Shown here in pieces: positions 1 to 11,965 of a DNA stretch of 64,000 bases. Source of the stretch: Psammoneis japonica. Its lineage: Eukaryota. Position numbers and translations under genes: made by a program. Every line of letters begins with the position of its first letter. Within the stretch, counting starts at the first letter, position 1. Below the pieces are notes generated by a model, which saw nothing but the letters and a program-made list of their open reading frames with translations, was not told where the DNA came from and made no database searches. The stretch is from assembly GCA_008632985.1 (NCBI GenBank), contig QPGO01000023.1:124001-188000 (forward strand), written 5' to 3'.

Positions 1-2368
1 ATCTTGTACCGAGAGGCTCAAATTCGACATCAAGGTGTCTGATGGAACTACATCTCAGCTCGTCTGCCCGTCTGGCCATGCTCTACAACCATGCGTGGCA
101 CCCACATCGCTAAGGTGCGACTCATCATCACAGTGCCAGCTCCAACGGCGAGAAATTGTTGCCGGGGATGTGCATGCCACCTGTAAGGATTGTGACTTCG
201 ACATTTGTTTTCAATGTTCTTTGACTTTATCGAAGCAGACCTTTTCCCGGGAATTTGGCAGCTCATCTCAGGAAGCCTTTGATACTCTGCTACAAATCTG
301 TGGTGTAGAGTCCGCCGATGTATCCCACCCTACAAATGATGCTGACTACCATTCAGCAGAAAGTCTCACTGAACGCAGGGTCACACTTGATCTCTATGAT
401 CTTGTGAAATCGCTTTTGCTGCGATACAACCAGCGGTGCTCCAATGACGGCGACGTTGCATTCGTTGGTCTGCTCGCATTGAGAAACCTCCTTGGAAAGG
501 AAATCCAAGCTCGTCGTCCGAAGCAACTTGGTGCGGGTGTACTATTTCATGTCCGGAATTTGGCAAGAACATCTGTTGATATTCTTTCCTCCAAAATTGC
601 TGGAAACGAAACCATTACCTCGCTCCCCGTCACAGTCATTCTGAAGCTCCCACGATGGGTCCTGCTCGATTTGGCCAATGCGCAGACGCTCCGAAAGGGT
701 TACTTACGGAATCGCCAGGGCGGATTTTTCTTTGGCACGAAAGCACTTTGCTACCTCAACAGCCACCCAGAGAGCATCTCATTTGTGTTCGACCAGAGCG
801 CAGTTAAGAAGGGGACCCTTCTTCCACACCAATTTTGTGTCGTCAGAGAATTATGCAACTTCGGTTGGGCGCCCTGTTCGCACAAAGATGGGAAATATAT
901 GCACCTGTATATGGGATCGACTCTGCACGCACGATCGACACTAGATGAATGGGCTACTACTGACTTACCCACGCCAACTGCGGTCTTTGGATGTGTTGCT
1001 GCAGTTGGTCGTATATTTGTTTTGGGCGGCGCTACCGGTGATGAAGATCCTGATACGAAAACTTACACAACTTGTAGTGCCAAGGTATATATTGCTAGGT
1101 CACCATTTACCATCAGAGAACATGGCAAGGTTTGGGACGAAGGCGCCAGTCTTATCGAAGCACGACGCGAACTTGGAGCCTGTTTGCTCCGAGACCAAGC
1201 TGGATCTCCGAGGGCAATTCTAGTAGGAGGCGGCTGCGGAACCACTATTCCTGGTGTTACGGCTCCAAGGCTTACTTCCTTGGAGATTTTTTGGTTTGAC
1301 CGGGAGACATGGGAGCCCTATCCCGTTGTGATGCCATGTTCAAGAGTGAGGCATCACATGGTCGAAAGCAATGGATCACTCTTCATCTTTGGTGGCAAGA
1401 CTGAGGAGCCCTGCGAAGGTCAAGACTGTGACATCTTGAATCTCGAGCACTTGGTCTGGCTTAAGGGTCCCGTTCTTCCCATCCCCCTGTACGTGGGCTC
1501 TTTGGTAGTGGTACGAGATCAGTTTGCTGTATTGTTTGGGGGAGTGGAAGAAACTGGTGATGCCCCACGTGCGTACGGGTACTCGTGGGTACTAAATTTG
1601 AAGCCTTGGAGCGAATGGAGCATGCAAGGCGGTGCAGAAGAGCATAGACCTGATGCAGTGTGGACCCAGGGTCCTGCTTTGCCTGTACCTTCGATGTATC
1701 CAAACATTTGCGTGGCGCCTGCTTTGGAAACAGGCTTGTCCCATGATTGGGTGTTAATGGTTTCTCCCCTTGAATTAGGGAACTACTGTTTCGGTCTCTG
1801 TCTCGGTGACCCAACAGATAGTCCGGACTATTGGCTGAGTTTACGATGGCACAGGCTTGGAGCGACACCAGAATGCATAACCATGGGTGCAGTCATTGTT
1901 TCAAACCGAATGCTTGCAATCATTGGTGGCGTGAGTGTTGTCCCTGGTAATTGGGCATCAAAGCATGTACATTTTCGGATCTTGTCTTCGGCATGCGAAT
2001 GCCCTCTTCCACCTTCAAGAAGTGCCGAAAGATATTCACTTTTCCGTGGAAGCATGCCGGCAGATGCTCCAAACGACACGTATCTCATGGGACGTCTCGG
2101 CTTCCCAATCACTGAAGAATACCTCATTGCTCGCGATGGAACGAAAAGGCTAGATCTCCTGCCATATCCACCAGATTCTTTGTTCGCTTCAGAGGCAAGA
2201 TCCCGCATTGGGAAACTCTTTTGCTGGCGCTGTCTTTACTTGACGCGCTCGATGGAGAAAGCGCGGAGTGATGGTAATACGCTATATGGTCTCAGGGCAA
2301 GCGCAACGTCTCGGCGAGTGGCACTGTGCAGCTCCTGCCTGTGCACTCTCTTTGCTCCTGCTGGGTAG
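1..2368 (+). CDS. Kelch-repeat (beta-propeller) protein with N-terminal Cys/His-rich ZZ-like zinc finger; probably 5'-partial
   Basis: 777-aa ORF whose frame stays open to the window edge. N-terminal CPSGH..CD..C..CKDCDFDICFQC; Kelch-type motifs IFVLGG, LFIFGG, VLFGG, IIGG, each followed by W (ETWE, LVWLKGP, VWTQGPALP). Confidence 0.7.
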   Translation, partial: SCTERLKFDIKVSDGTTSQLVCPSGHALQPCVAPTSLRCDSSSQCQLQRREIVAGDVHATCKDCDFDICFQCSLTLSKQTFSREFGSSSQEAFDTLLQICGVESADVSHPTNDADYHSAESLTERRVTLDLYDLVKSLLLRYNQRCSNDGDVAFVGLLALRNLLGKEIQARRPKQLGAGVLFHVRNLARTSVDILSSKIAGNETITSLPVTVILKLPRWVLLDLANAQTLRKGYLRNRQGGFFFGTKALCYLNSHPESISFVFDQSAVKKGTLLPHQFCVVRELCNFGWAPCSHKDGKYMHLYMGSTLHARSTLDEWATTDLPTPTAVFGCVAAVGRIFVLGGATGDEDPDTKTYTTCSAKVYIARSPFTIREHGKVWDEGASLIEARRELGACLLRDQAGSPRAILVGGGCGTTIPGVTAPRLTSLEIFWFDRETWEPYPVVMPCSRVRHHMVESNGSLFIFGGKTEEPCEGQDCDILNLEHLVWLKGPVLPIPLYVGSLVVVRDQFAVLFGGVEETGDAPRAYGYSWVLNLKPWSEWSMQGGAEEHRPDAVWTQGPALPVPSMYPNICVAPALETGLSHDWVLMVSPLELGNYCFGLCLGDPTDSPDYWLSLRWHRLGATPECITMGAVIVSNRMLAIIGGVSVVPGNWASKHVHFRILSSACECPLPPSRSAERYSLFRGSMPADAPNDTYLMGRLGFPITEEYLIARDGTKRLDLLPYPPDSLFASEARSRIGKLFCWRCLYLTRSMEKARSDGNTLYGLRASATSRRVALCSSCLCTLFAPAG

Positions 2369-3282
2369 GCACTGCTGGTGAAGAGCTTGTCCCTCCCCCG
2401 TTTTATTACAGTACTTGTCTTGTTGAGACGCGAAACGGTCGGGTTTGGTGAATTAAAAGGGAGGGGTAAACTCGCACCTGGCTTTCGGTGTTTTAGCGGG
2501 CAGTCGGGATTGCTGTCTCACTAGCCGGAGGAAACCTCCCCTCACTCGAGGCCAAAATTTGAAGAGGAGGATGCGGGGTCATCCATCAACCTTTTGATCG
2601 GCCCAATCAGGGAGGTGCGTGGTTATCTGTCCTTTATCAAACCCAGCTACCAATCTCGCTTTCGGGCTAAGGGGTATATTGAGATGAGGCCAGCTCACAA
2701 AATCGTGACACCCGTAGGAGAGAAACCGACATGATCGACCCGAAGGATATATTTAATGCGCTGCTCTAGCATTTCATTCATGATAACCATGACATCGACG
2801 GCGGATCAAACTGGATTTGAAAGAAGACACGAGATGAAAAGAAAACGAGAGTGACTGAAGTTCATAGCGTCGATAATCCGTACCACATGGGCGGACCGTC
2901 GTAATGGTGGTTCTTCCCCACACTACTTAAAAATCGCACAAAGTATGGTGAGTAATGTCAATTAGTGATAGAGTCAATGGTCTTGAGAAAGTCGCTGGTG
3001 CAACTAGGCGGAAACGGCGCATGGACGAGGTCGGACACGTTCTCGTTGCCATCAACGAAGACAACTGTAGAAATGGACGACTCGAGCTAGCAAGAGCATC
3101 GGTTGATCCAACAACACCCTTTGTGGATGTGAGATGTGATCTCAACCTCTTCTCCACTCCGTAGGATCATACGCCGCTTTCTGTCATACTCTAGGCGTGT
3201 GGGCGCATGCTTTGATTGTGCCTTGTGAAATCTTGCTTCATGTGTCAGTGACTTAGACAAAGTATACTTCAAACTAAACTAT

Positions 3283-3775
3283 TTACACAAATCCGCAAGC
3301 TTGGCTTATTTCACAAAAGACAAGCTTGATATACTTTGTTGGATATTTTCTGAAAAGATACATTCGAACAGAATGGTCGTATTCTCTTCGAAACTCTCTT
3401 ATTTCATGTTCCTTGTAGAACAAATCTTGATTCTTGTCATCTGTAGCTGGAATGTGTCGCACACTCAACACTGGGTTCATGGCAAAGCCCACACACTTTT
3501 CTTTTTCAGAACCTACGAACAGCAGATTATCTTTGCCTATTTCGAATCTGTCGTGTTGGCTGTTTCCATCATTCTGCGCCGATGGGTTTGTCGTCTTCTT
3601 CAAAAAGTGAATTCTCGCGAAGGCACGAGTATCTATCGATTTGATGCATATTCCAATACCAAAACAAAAAGAGTACTTTGTTGTGAGTTCTGATTTCTAT
3701 TTGGCAAAGTAGGATACATCCGAGGTGTGATCTGCGGCATCCGTTGAGCCCGTTCAAAATTTCAAATGCGTCCAC
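3283..3775 (-). CDS. Possible small hypothetical protein, frameshifted or decayed
   Basis: Overlapping minus-strand ORFs. The segment KCVGFAMNPVLSVRHIP...LFYKEHEIREFRREY resembles a recurrent diatom motif (recalled, not searched). Confidence 0.3.
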
Positions 3776-4038
3776 TCACAAAATCGTCGCGCAGAGCACC
3801 GAAAAAGCGCGCGAAATAACAAACCAAGAAAAAGATCGGCATTATCCGCATCATGGGAGATGATGGCACAGAAAACTGCTGCAGCAACCCGAAGGAGAAG
3901 ATTCGTTTTGATTGTCCCTGATTGCTGTACTCTTGCAGTATATTGACTGACACCCTCTATTCAGACTTGTTTAGGGACTAAATTTTTTCTTCCTACAGCT
4001 CATATCAACTCCTTCTTCAATCAACTTAATCACGCAAA

Positions 4039-4866
4039 ATGAATCAGGGTCGCAGCAACTATCGGTCATACTTTACAGAGCTTACGCCTTCCAAGGCTGC
4101 ATTTTACATCATTGCTTGTCTCTACGTGATTTCTGTCTCGATTGTGGTTGTGCTGGAGCCATTCATGTCTCTCAAGTGTGAGTTGTCTCCGAGTCAGGAC
4201 ATTGAATACGCCAATCCGAGCTTTATCGATTATCCGTGTCGGGACCTCCGTCGGGTTAAGCTTTTGTTTCTAACCGAGCAGGAATGCAACTTTGGGCGTC
4301 GGTTGGTGGTTTCGGTGTTACTTGGTGGCGTTGTTGGATGGGAGCGACGCCAGTCGGATCGTCCCGCCGGTATTCGTACCATGGCGGTGGTAGCGCTAGG
4401 ATCGTGTCTCTTTTCGATTTGTTCCGCTTTTGCTTTTATTAGCGGCCCCATGGAGTGGGATGCTTCCCGCGTATCTGCGGCCATTCCGTCTGGTGTTGGA
4501 TTTTTAGGTGCCGGACTTATCTTCAAGCATGATGAAACGGATGAAGAGGGCGAAAAGACGCACTCTGTGCATGGCTTGACTACGGCTGCCTCCCTATGGC
4601 TTTCTGCGGCTGTTGGAATTGCCTGTGGCGGAGAGTTGTACTTTGTAGCTTGTTACTCGGTGGCGTGCATGATGCTGATCCTGCGCTTTGGCCCAAGGAT
4701 CTCCACAGACAGTTATGGCTCTGGTAGTGGATTGATGGAGCAGTGGATTGACGACGATCCAGAAATGCAGCCCTTGAACTCCGTTTCCCCCATGAAGAAC
4801 AACCCTGATGTTTCGCGATTGTCCGCAAGGAAACCGTCAGAGAGAAAGCCGCAATTTGATCTGTAG
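4039..4866 (+). CDS. MgtC/SapB family membrane protein
   Basis: Hallmark motifs RLVVSVLLGGVVGWERR..RPAGIRTM, D.SRVSAAIPSGVGFLGAGLIF, VHGLTTAASLW.SAAVGIACG. Confidence 0.9.
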   Translation: MNQGRSNYRSYFTELTPSKAAFYIIACLYVISVSIVVVLEPFMSLKCELSPSQDIEYANPSFIDYPCRDLRRVKLLFLTEQECNFGRRLVVSVLLGGVVGWERRQSDRPAGIRTMAVVALGSCLFSICSAFAFISGPMEWDASRVSAAIPSGVGFLGAGLIFKHDETDEEGEKTHSVHGLTTAASLWLSAAVGIACGGELYFVACYSVACMMLILRFGPRISTDSYGSGSGLMEQWIDDDPEMQPLNSVSPMKNNPDVSRLSARKPSERKPQFDL

Positions 4867-5411
4867 CTCTCTTTGTGAACTGTCGTGCATTGACTTTATC
4901 AGCGCTACAGGTTTTGGAATACAATATTCATTTTGAATAGTGTACATGAGCAAGACGAAGCGATAGCGCGAGACCTTTTGTAAGAGGAAAGAACCAGGCG
5001 TGATTGATGGAGATACGGTAGTGTATTTTACCCCCTGTTTATGTCATACTGTAGTGTAAGAACAATGAAAGTGAAGCGTGCAGCGTTTTTAGTGCCTTGT
5101 ATGTAGAGCAAGATCGCCCACTGTAGCTTGTCGTTCATTTGTGATATCTATCGGCACCATGCCATATCACAATCTACTTGAAGTACGGTAGTCCCAACTA
5201 TTCAGGTGTAAAAACGCAGCAATGGCCGATAGGGAAACGTGCACGACAGCATTAAGTCTATAGTCATATGGAAGTACGTAACTTGTCCTAAACCTTTCTT
5301 CATCATCTAACTTATAATATGTAGCGAAGCCGTAGCTAGCCATTATCGCTGAATTATTTGCGGCGGTATATTCAAACATACAACAACTCAAGATGCCCTC
5401 AACGTGTGGCT

Positions 5412-5768
5412 TTACACGCTGTTGAGGTAGTTGGAGGAAGAGCCTGGGTGCTGCCTTCCTGGTTTGGGAAGTGGCTTGGCGCTTTTGGGTCCGCGTCGCG
5501 CAGAAGCAGTGTTTGCCATGACAAACTGATCGAGGGTATCGTGTCCCCTCGAAGCCATATATTCTTCAAAGAGTCCCCATTCCTGTGGCTCGACGGGGTC
5601 TTCCACTTGAGGCGTCTCGAGAGAAATGCCACGCTCCTTCATGTACTCTTCGTAAGCTCCCTTGAGAGCAATCTTGGAAGCGGAGAAACCTGGCTGCACT
5701 TGAAAGGCGGTGGCCGTAGTGGAGGCGAGGAGAGCAAGGAGGGCAATCTTGAGGTAAGAGAGAGTCAT
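5412..5768 (-). CDS. Small, probably plastid-targeted hypothetical protein
   Basis: Signal peptide ending TATA-F (diatom ASAF-type cleavage site), two YEEYM/FEEYM repeats, C-terminal SSNYLNSV. Confidence 0.7.
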   Translation of the reverse strand: MTLSYLKIALLALLASTTATAFQVQPGFSASKIALKGAYEEYMKERGISLETPQVEDPVEPQEWGLFEEYMASRGHDTLDQFVMANTASARRGPKSAKPLPKPGRQHPGSSSNYLNSV

Positions 5769-6775
5769 GGTGCTGGGTGAGTACAAGTGTGGATTTACGC
5801 AACAACGTGGTTACAATCGAGAACGAGCGAAATTGTGAGAGCTTTTGTGTGTTTTGGTGGTGTTCGCAAGGCCGGAGACTCTGACGTTGACGTGTCTAAG
5901 ATGATGTGGTTGGCGAAATCTGACGTGGTTGATTGATAATGACGTGGACATGACGTAGCTGTGCTGTCTCCATATGTACAGTATTCGCCGTACCACAGAC
6001 GTACCGTATTGATCTTTTTTTCGCATCGCGCTCGCGGATCTTTGCTTTGAAGAGCTTGGAACACCACAGAGCATGTATTACTAACTAGAGAGTAGAGTAT
6101 CTAGTTTACGTTCCTACCTTAAATCATATTTTGTTTTTCAAAGCCCTTGAGCTTTCGAAAGAAGAAATCGGTGGATACAGACTGTGAGACCAGTAGTGCA
6201 GAGACCTCTCGTCTAGCGAGTGACTCCTCCGATAGCGTAAACCACTCCACTGGTTCAACCCAAGAAACGAAGCTTTGCAGTGTTTATTTTGTCGCTTACC
6301 GTCTTTCATAGTTGCTTAGAGACTGACTGTCTCCCTGATGGACCAATGTGAAATTAACATGGCCTATCTCATTTAAACGACTCGAAAATGCTCTAATTCT
6401 CTCTTTATAAGTTGGCTAAGGCTTCAGTCTTCTATCAACTATTTTTATGATTCTCTGTGTTTATCTCTGCGGTATCAAAGCAGCGCTAGTTTCATGGTCT
6501 TGGCGGTAATAAAGAGTGAGTTAAATCCCTTCAGCAGTTTGTAACACTCGAAATTCACCCATGTGGTGCAACGCTACCTTAGAACGAGCACAAGTTTTGT
6601 TTACCGCTGGTCTACAAACTGCATGCCCCTGCATCAAGAACACGCTTTAGGAAAACAACCGACGGTAGTACTATAGCTATTTGCTCGAATCACTTACGAC
6701 TTCTTAGGATACAATTGCACACTCAAAGTCATGATAACTGAACAAAGCTATAACAATCCATTCAGAATTCAACTC

Positions 6776-7783
6776 TCAGCATTCAGATTCCGTATGAGAC
6801 GTGATACGAAGTCCAAGCAACTTGTGTTTGGCAGCCGTATATTCCTTGTCAGACAACCTTTTGGCCTTGTGCTGACTCGCTAGATTAGCCAGTTGCGAAA
6901 CAATCGCCTCGTCGGGAGAGATCGACCGATAGTTTGACCTTGCCGTCGCCACTGCAATGTACTTGATGTTGGTGGACAGATACTCATTGATTTCCTTGAC
7001 ACGAGGCATGACTCGATCGACATACCAGTCACTGTACTTCATCTTAAAGGCGGACGCGTCGGTTGCGGATGGAGCTGGCTCGAGGAATAAATGAGGCTCG
7101 TCAATCTCACAAATACCGCCTGTTTCAAAGCGAAGAACCATGTTCTGTTTCCAATCCTCGCGACCAACGGAAATCTTGTTAGGAGGTATCCACTCGGGTT
7201 TGGTCCAGGGCTTGCTCTTGTCTTGTTTGAGAACCATGGCTTTAATGGCTGCTTCTAGAAATTTGCGTCTTGACAGCGTCATCAAACAAACGTTTTTTCC
7301 TTCACACGAAATGAGAAGTCGAGACGCAACGGCTGGATCAGCAACGACCTGATTGTTGATGGTAAGCAAGTAATCTCCTACATGCATGCTTGTTTTGCCA
7401 AAGGGACCACGACTATCAATGTGATCAATCCGCACCAAACTCTCGTTCAAACGAGAGAATTCCAACGAGTTAAGCAGCTCGCGCGGATGATTCTGAACAA
7501 ACGTCAGCTCGCCGCCCTTGGGAAACGGATGGTTGGAAGCCATGATGTCGACTGGTCCTTCCACTTGTTTGAGATAGGCCACTGCCTTGTCTGCTTCCGA
7601 AAAGTGCTGGCGGTTAATGGTCAAGATTTCGTATCCAACCTTGAGCGACGTCTTGATGAAGGGACTGTCTGGCGACACGTTGGAGATTACCACATCCCCG
7701 TTTTGCATCATGAGACTGAGACCCAAATGAGAGCTCTGTCGCTGCTTGACAACAGACGCGTGAATGATGGACGGGATAATCAT
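6776..7783 (-). CDS. Tandem PDZ-domain protein with short C-terminal SHOCT-like helix pair
   Basis: LGLSL..VVISNV.PDSP....LKVGYEILTIN; second repeat GPFGKTSMHVGDYLLTINN; C-terminal LANLASQHKAKRLSDKEYTAAKHKLL. Confidence 0.8.
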   Translation of the reverse strand: MIIPSIIHASVVKQRQSSHLGLSLMMQNGDVVISNVSPDSPFIKTSLKVGYEILTINRQHFSEADKAVAYLKQVEGPVDIMASNHPFPKGGELTFVQNHPRELLNSLEFSRLNESLVRIDHIDSRGPFGKTSMHVGDYLLTINNQVVADPAVASRLLISCEGKNVCLMTLSRRKFLEAAIKAMVLKQDKSKPWTKPEWIPPNKISVGREDWKQNMVLRFETGGICEIDEPHLFLEPAPSATDASAFKMKYSDWYVDRVMPRVKEINEYLSTNIKYIAVATARSNYRSISPDEAIVSQLANLASQHKAKRLSDKEYTAAKHKLLGLRITSHTESEC

Positions 7784-7939
7784 GGTGGCAATAATGTATG
7801 GATGGGTACTTCTTACTTCATTCGCGGCAACGCTGATGTGACGATGCCGTGTGGAGTGTGACGGCGGGGCACGAGCGACACGTACCGTACTACCGGGTAC
7901 CAGGTGCCGGGTGCTGTACCGCAGAAACTCATTCTCCTG

Positions 7940-10900
7940 TTTGCAGAGGTGTTTTCTGGCTCATTTCACATCTTTTATCTTTTTGACAAAGCTCAAAGAG
8001 GAGGTTGACCTGGCCTTCTTGCACAGCACTGGCTCTCCTAGGTTGCTCAATGTTGCACAGTGCAAAAAAGACACGCTGCCAACTTGGCTGATCTTTTGCA
8101 GCACATGCAGAAGATGCTTGCAAGAAGGGGTGTCATCTTGAGCTTCTCTGCTGGGGTCCAGACAGCCAGCACTGACCAAAGCTGCACTTGTTTGTTTGCA
8201 GCATCTTGTGCCCCTTTGTGACAAGTGCTGCATCTGAGGCCCAGAGACTCCAATGTGATGACACATCAGGACTGGCCAAATGTGGATGTTTTTCTCTTCT
8301 CCGTGCGCTGTTTTTCTTGGCACATCTTTGGGCACAGTGTGTGGCTCCAGCCATGGTTTGGCATTCGAAAAACTGTTCCCTGGGGATCTCTTGGACAGCA
8401 AAAATGCACTCACAGCTCTTTGTGGGGTGAGAACCCACTCTCCATCACGGCAGTGTGAGTGTGCTGGCAAGATGGCACTTGTGAGAATGTTGCTTGTGTC
8501 ATCTGTTGTGAGCTTCTTGGCTTGATTCAGTTTGGTCAGGTTTTGTGTTGCTTGGCTCATGTGTCAATGAGAAGCTGGAAGTTTTGGTCCTTTGTCCATG
8601 CAAAGAACACCTGGAAAATCATTTTGACTGACAAGACTGCTTGGCATGCAGTGGAAACACAGCACTCTTGTCCTGCCAGGCCATGAAAAAATGGGGCCAT
8701 CAGATCAATTGTTTGGCTCAGAAGATTGGCTCCTGCTCATTTTTTTGTGCAGTCTCTTGTTGTCACTGCACAACAATGATTTCTCTGACTGCATTTCTAT
8801 GAAGGGGTTGATGAAAAAAAACAGCTCTGTGAATTTACACAGGCAAATCACTGAGGTGAGCCAAGGGTGGTTCACACATGAGCTTGCTTGTTGGAGATCG
8901 GCAGAGGTGCTTTTTGATGTGTTCTGTGTGTGTGCCACCATGCACTCTGTTGCAGCCAAAAAAATGCTCAGTTTAAAAGCACTTTTATGTTCATTGTTCA
9001 AAGCAAGTGATTCCACAGTCAACCATGTTAATCTGTTGGCACACACACTCATCCGTTGAGCCCAAGCTTCCTTCTCCCAAACCACACCCAGCTCCAAACA
9101 CCCATGTCATTCACCCCTTCACTGCTCCCTCCCCTGAAAAAAGATGCAGGGGGAGGGAGAGCTGTGGCTCTGTGGATCAGCCTGATGATCCAAACTAAAG
9201 CCAAAAGAGGCAACAACAGTGTCGGTCAGGCAGATTGAAAAACTGACCTTCCTCAGCTGTGCCCCCAAGTGCCTGCCAAAAAAAAGTTCCTCGCAGCACT
9301 GTGCCCCCTCCTTGCAGAAGAATGGACAAGAGTGTGTGGCTTAAAAGAGCAAGGGCCTGTGCACCTGTTGCAGCCAAACTTCCTTGAAGTGCTTGATGAG
9401 AAAATGACCACATCCAAAGACTGCCAAAAAAGAAATGACTGATGACAATGCCCACACACGTGCCAGCTTTCCAGATGCAAGACAGACAAAAAACTGTGGA
9501 TTTTGCTGGAGGCATCATTGTTCCTCAAAGTCATGACACAATGGTCAAATCAGGGGCCAAGGGTGAGCTCACACAAGTGCAGCTCACTTGAGGGGGGGCT
9601 CTGAGATGTGCACACACACATGTGTGCCAGCCTGGCTTGTTGTTGGCTGTGAGGCATGGCAGGGTGTGGTTGGTGGTCCACACACAGAGTGTTGTCATGT
9701 TGCCAAAGCCTTGTTCAGTCAACAGCATGCTCTCCTGGTCATTCAAAATGTCCATGACATGTTTTTGGCACAGCTGCTCAGCACTCATGAGCCACTGACC
9801 ACTCCGCATCTTGAGGCTCCAAAGCTGCTGCACTCTGCCTTGGTTCTGAGAAAGCAGCATGGTTTTTGGCCACCCATTGACTCTCAAAAATGCCCCACGA
9901 CTTTGGCTTGCAGCACCCCATTGCTTGCAACACAAGGAGATCTGCTCATCCAGAAACACCACCTGTTCACAGAGGTTCTCTGGCTTGTTTTGTACATTTT
10001 TTTGACAAAGCTCAAAATGAAAGTTGATCTGGCATGCTTTCACAGCACTGGCTCTCCTGGGTCACTCAGTGTGCAACACACCAAAGCAAGACACATTCCT
10101 GACTCAACTGATTTTTTGCAGTTCATGCAGAAGAGACCTGCAAGGGGGCAGTTTGGGGCTTCTGGGGTTCACACAGTTGATGATGACATCCCAAGTTGCA
10201 CTTGGACATTTGCAGCATCTTGTCCCTTTGACATGAGTGCTGCATTTGAGGCCCTGGGGTTTCAATGTGATCACACAGCAGGATTGGCCAAATGTGCAGA
10301 TTTTTTGCTTCTCTGCTGCTCTTTTTCTTGGCACATCTTTTGTGCACAATGTGCACCACGGTTTCAGCCATGGTTTGGCACCATTTGAAGCTGCACCATG
10401 CTGCAGGGTCCAGGGGTCTCTTGGGCATCAAATGCAATTGTGGCTCTGGATGGGTTGAGAACCCACCACCCTCCAGCCCCCTTCCCAGCAGCACAAGTGC
10501 TGGCAAGATGACGTGCATGAGAATGTTGTGTCATCTGTTTTGTCAGCTTCTTTGTTCAATTTGACCTGGTCCAGTTTTGTGTCACTTGGCTCTCATTTGT
10601 CAATGAGAAGCCAGAAGTTGGAGCCCATTGTCCATCCAAAGAAAACCTGGAGCAGATTTGTTTTGACTGACAAGACTGGCCAGACATTGAGTCTCTCCCC
10701 TGCTTGGTGGTGCAGCGGCATTGCCACACTCTTGTCCCACCTGTGACCACATGCCACTCACTCATGATCAATGCTCTTGTCAAACTTTAAGCTCCAGTCA
10801 TCTGCATCGTCATTCACCCCCCCTTCATTGCTGGCACCTCCCAAAAGAGTCAGGAGGCAGTGAAAAAAAGAGACCTGCAACTTTGTGGATCACCCTGTTG

Positions 10901-11180
10901 GTCAAAACACAAGCTGAAAGAAGAAACAGCAGCATTGGTCAGGCAGATTGAAAAGCTGCCCTTCCTCACCTGAGCCTTCAAACACCTGCCAGTTTGGCAA
11001 ACCCCAAGTGGCAAAGCTCAGCAGCTCAGCTCTTTGCAACACCCTCCTCGCACAAACAACAACAAGGGCATGTGGCACACAAAAGAGCAGGGGTTGCACC
11101 TGCAACCAAACTTCTCATTGCAGTGCTTGATGAGAAAATGACCACAACTGGAGATTGCTGCCAAAAAGAAATGAGTCAGA
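7940..11180 (+). repeat. Diverged direct duplication: copy A ~7940-8690 plus ~9100-9450; copy B ~9965-10750 plus ~10800-11180
   Basis: Shared anchors: ttttgacaaagctcaaa (7981/10000), cacagcactggctctcct, gtgctggcaagatg, ttttgactgacaagactg, ggtcaggcagattgaaaa, gtgcttgatgagaaaatgaccaca. Confidence 0.85.
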
Positions 11181-11419
11181 AAGAGATTGCCTTGGGAAAA
11201 AGATGACTCAAAGATGAAGCTGGCTCAGAAGAAAAAAAGCAACATTTGGAAAATTGATTTAGCAGGGTGACTTGAAAGATGAAGACAACCTGGAAAAAAC
11301 AAAGTTTTGGATGAGAAGGCAAGTTCTTGGAAAAGTGTGCACAACAAAAGATGACAATGTTTTCACCAACATGATTTTCTTTTGAAGAAAGGACAGGACA
11401 ACCAAACAACAAGAAACTG

Positions 11420-11965
11420 TTTCATGCAAGCCAAAACCTTTGCTTTTTTGTGGCTGTGAGTGGGTGAGGAGCCCAGCAACAAGTTTCTGTGCATGCAGTG
11501 TTGGACAACAACATTCTCTCACCCTGTTTGCAGTGGTGTTGCTGGGGTGGGCCCAGGAATGGACCAACTGTGGTCTGTGTTGGAAAACAAGGAAGAGTGG
11601 CACACAGCAGGTTGCTCCATGGGTGTTGGATTTGGTGGATTTTGTTGGCATGGCAGAACTGCCACCTCCCCACATTATGGAGTTCTTCTCAACTGCCATT
11701 TTGTGGTGCAGCACCAGCACAAAGTTGCACCTGCTGTGTGCCTTTTTGATCACAAAGCTTTGCTTGGAGGCATGATGCTCTTCTCTTTCTTGTTGGGTCA
11801 TGTCTGTCCAAGGTGTTGTGTGGGTTTCTGGAGGAAAAAAATCCCCACAGTTGAAAAACATGTCAGGATGTTGAGTGCCATGGAGTGGTTGTTGGTGAAG
11901 AACAGCACACCAACCGTCATTGCTGAAACCACAAAAAGAAGCTTGGATTTAACCTCACTCTGACC
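11420..11965 (-). pseudogene. Decayed gene remnant with N-terminal hydrophobic anchor, product unknown
   Basis: SEVKSKLLFVVSAMTVGVLFFTNN, then frameshifted FFPPETHTTPWTDMTQQEREEHH; no Tyr. Confidence 0.3.
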
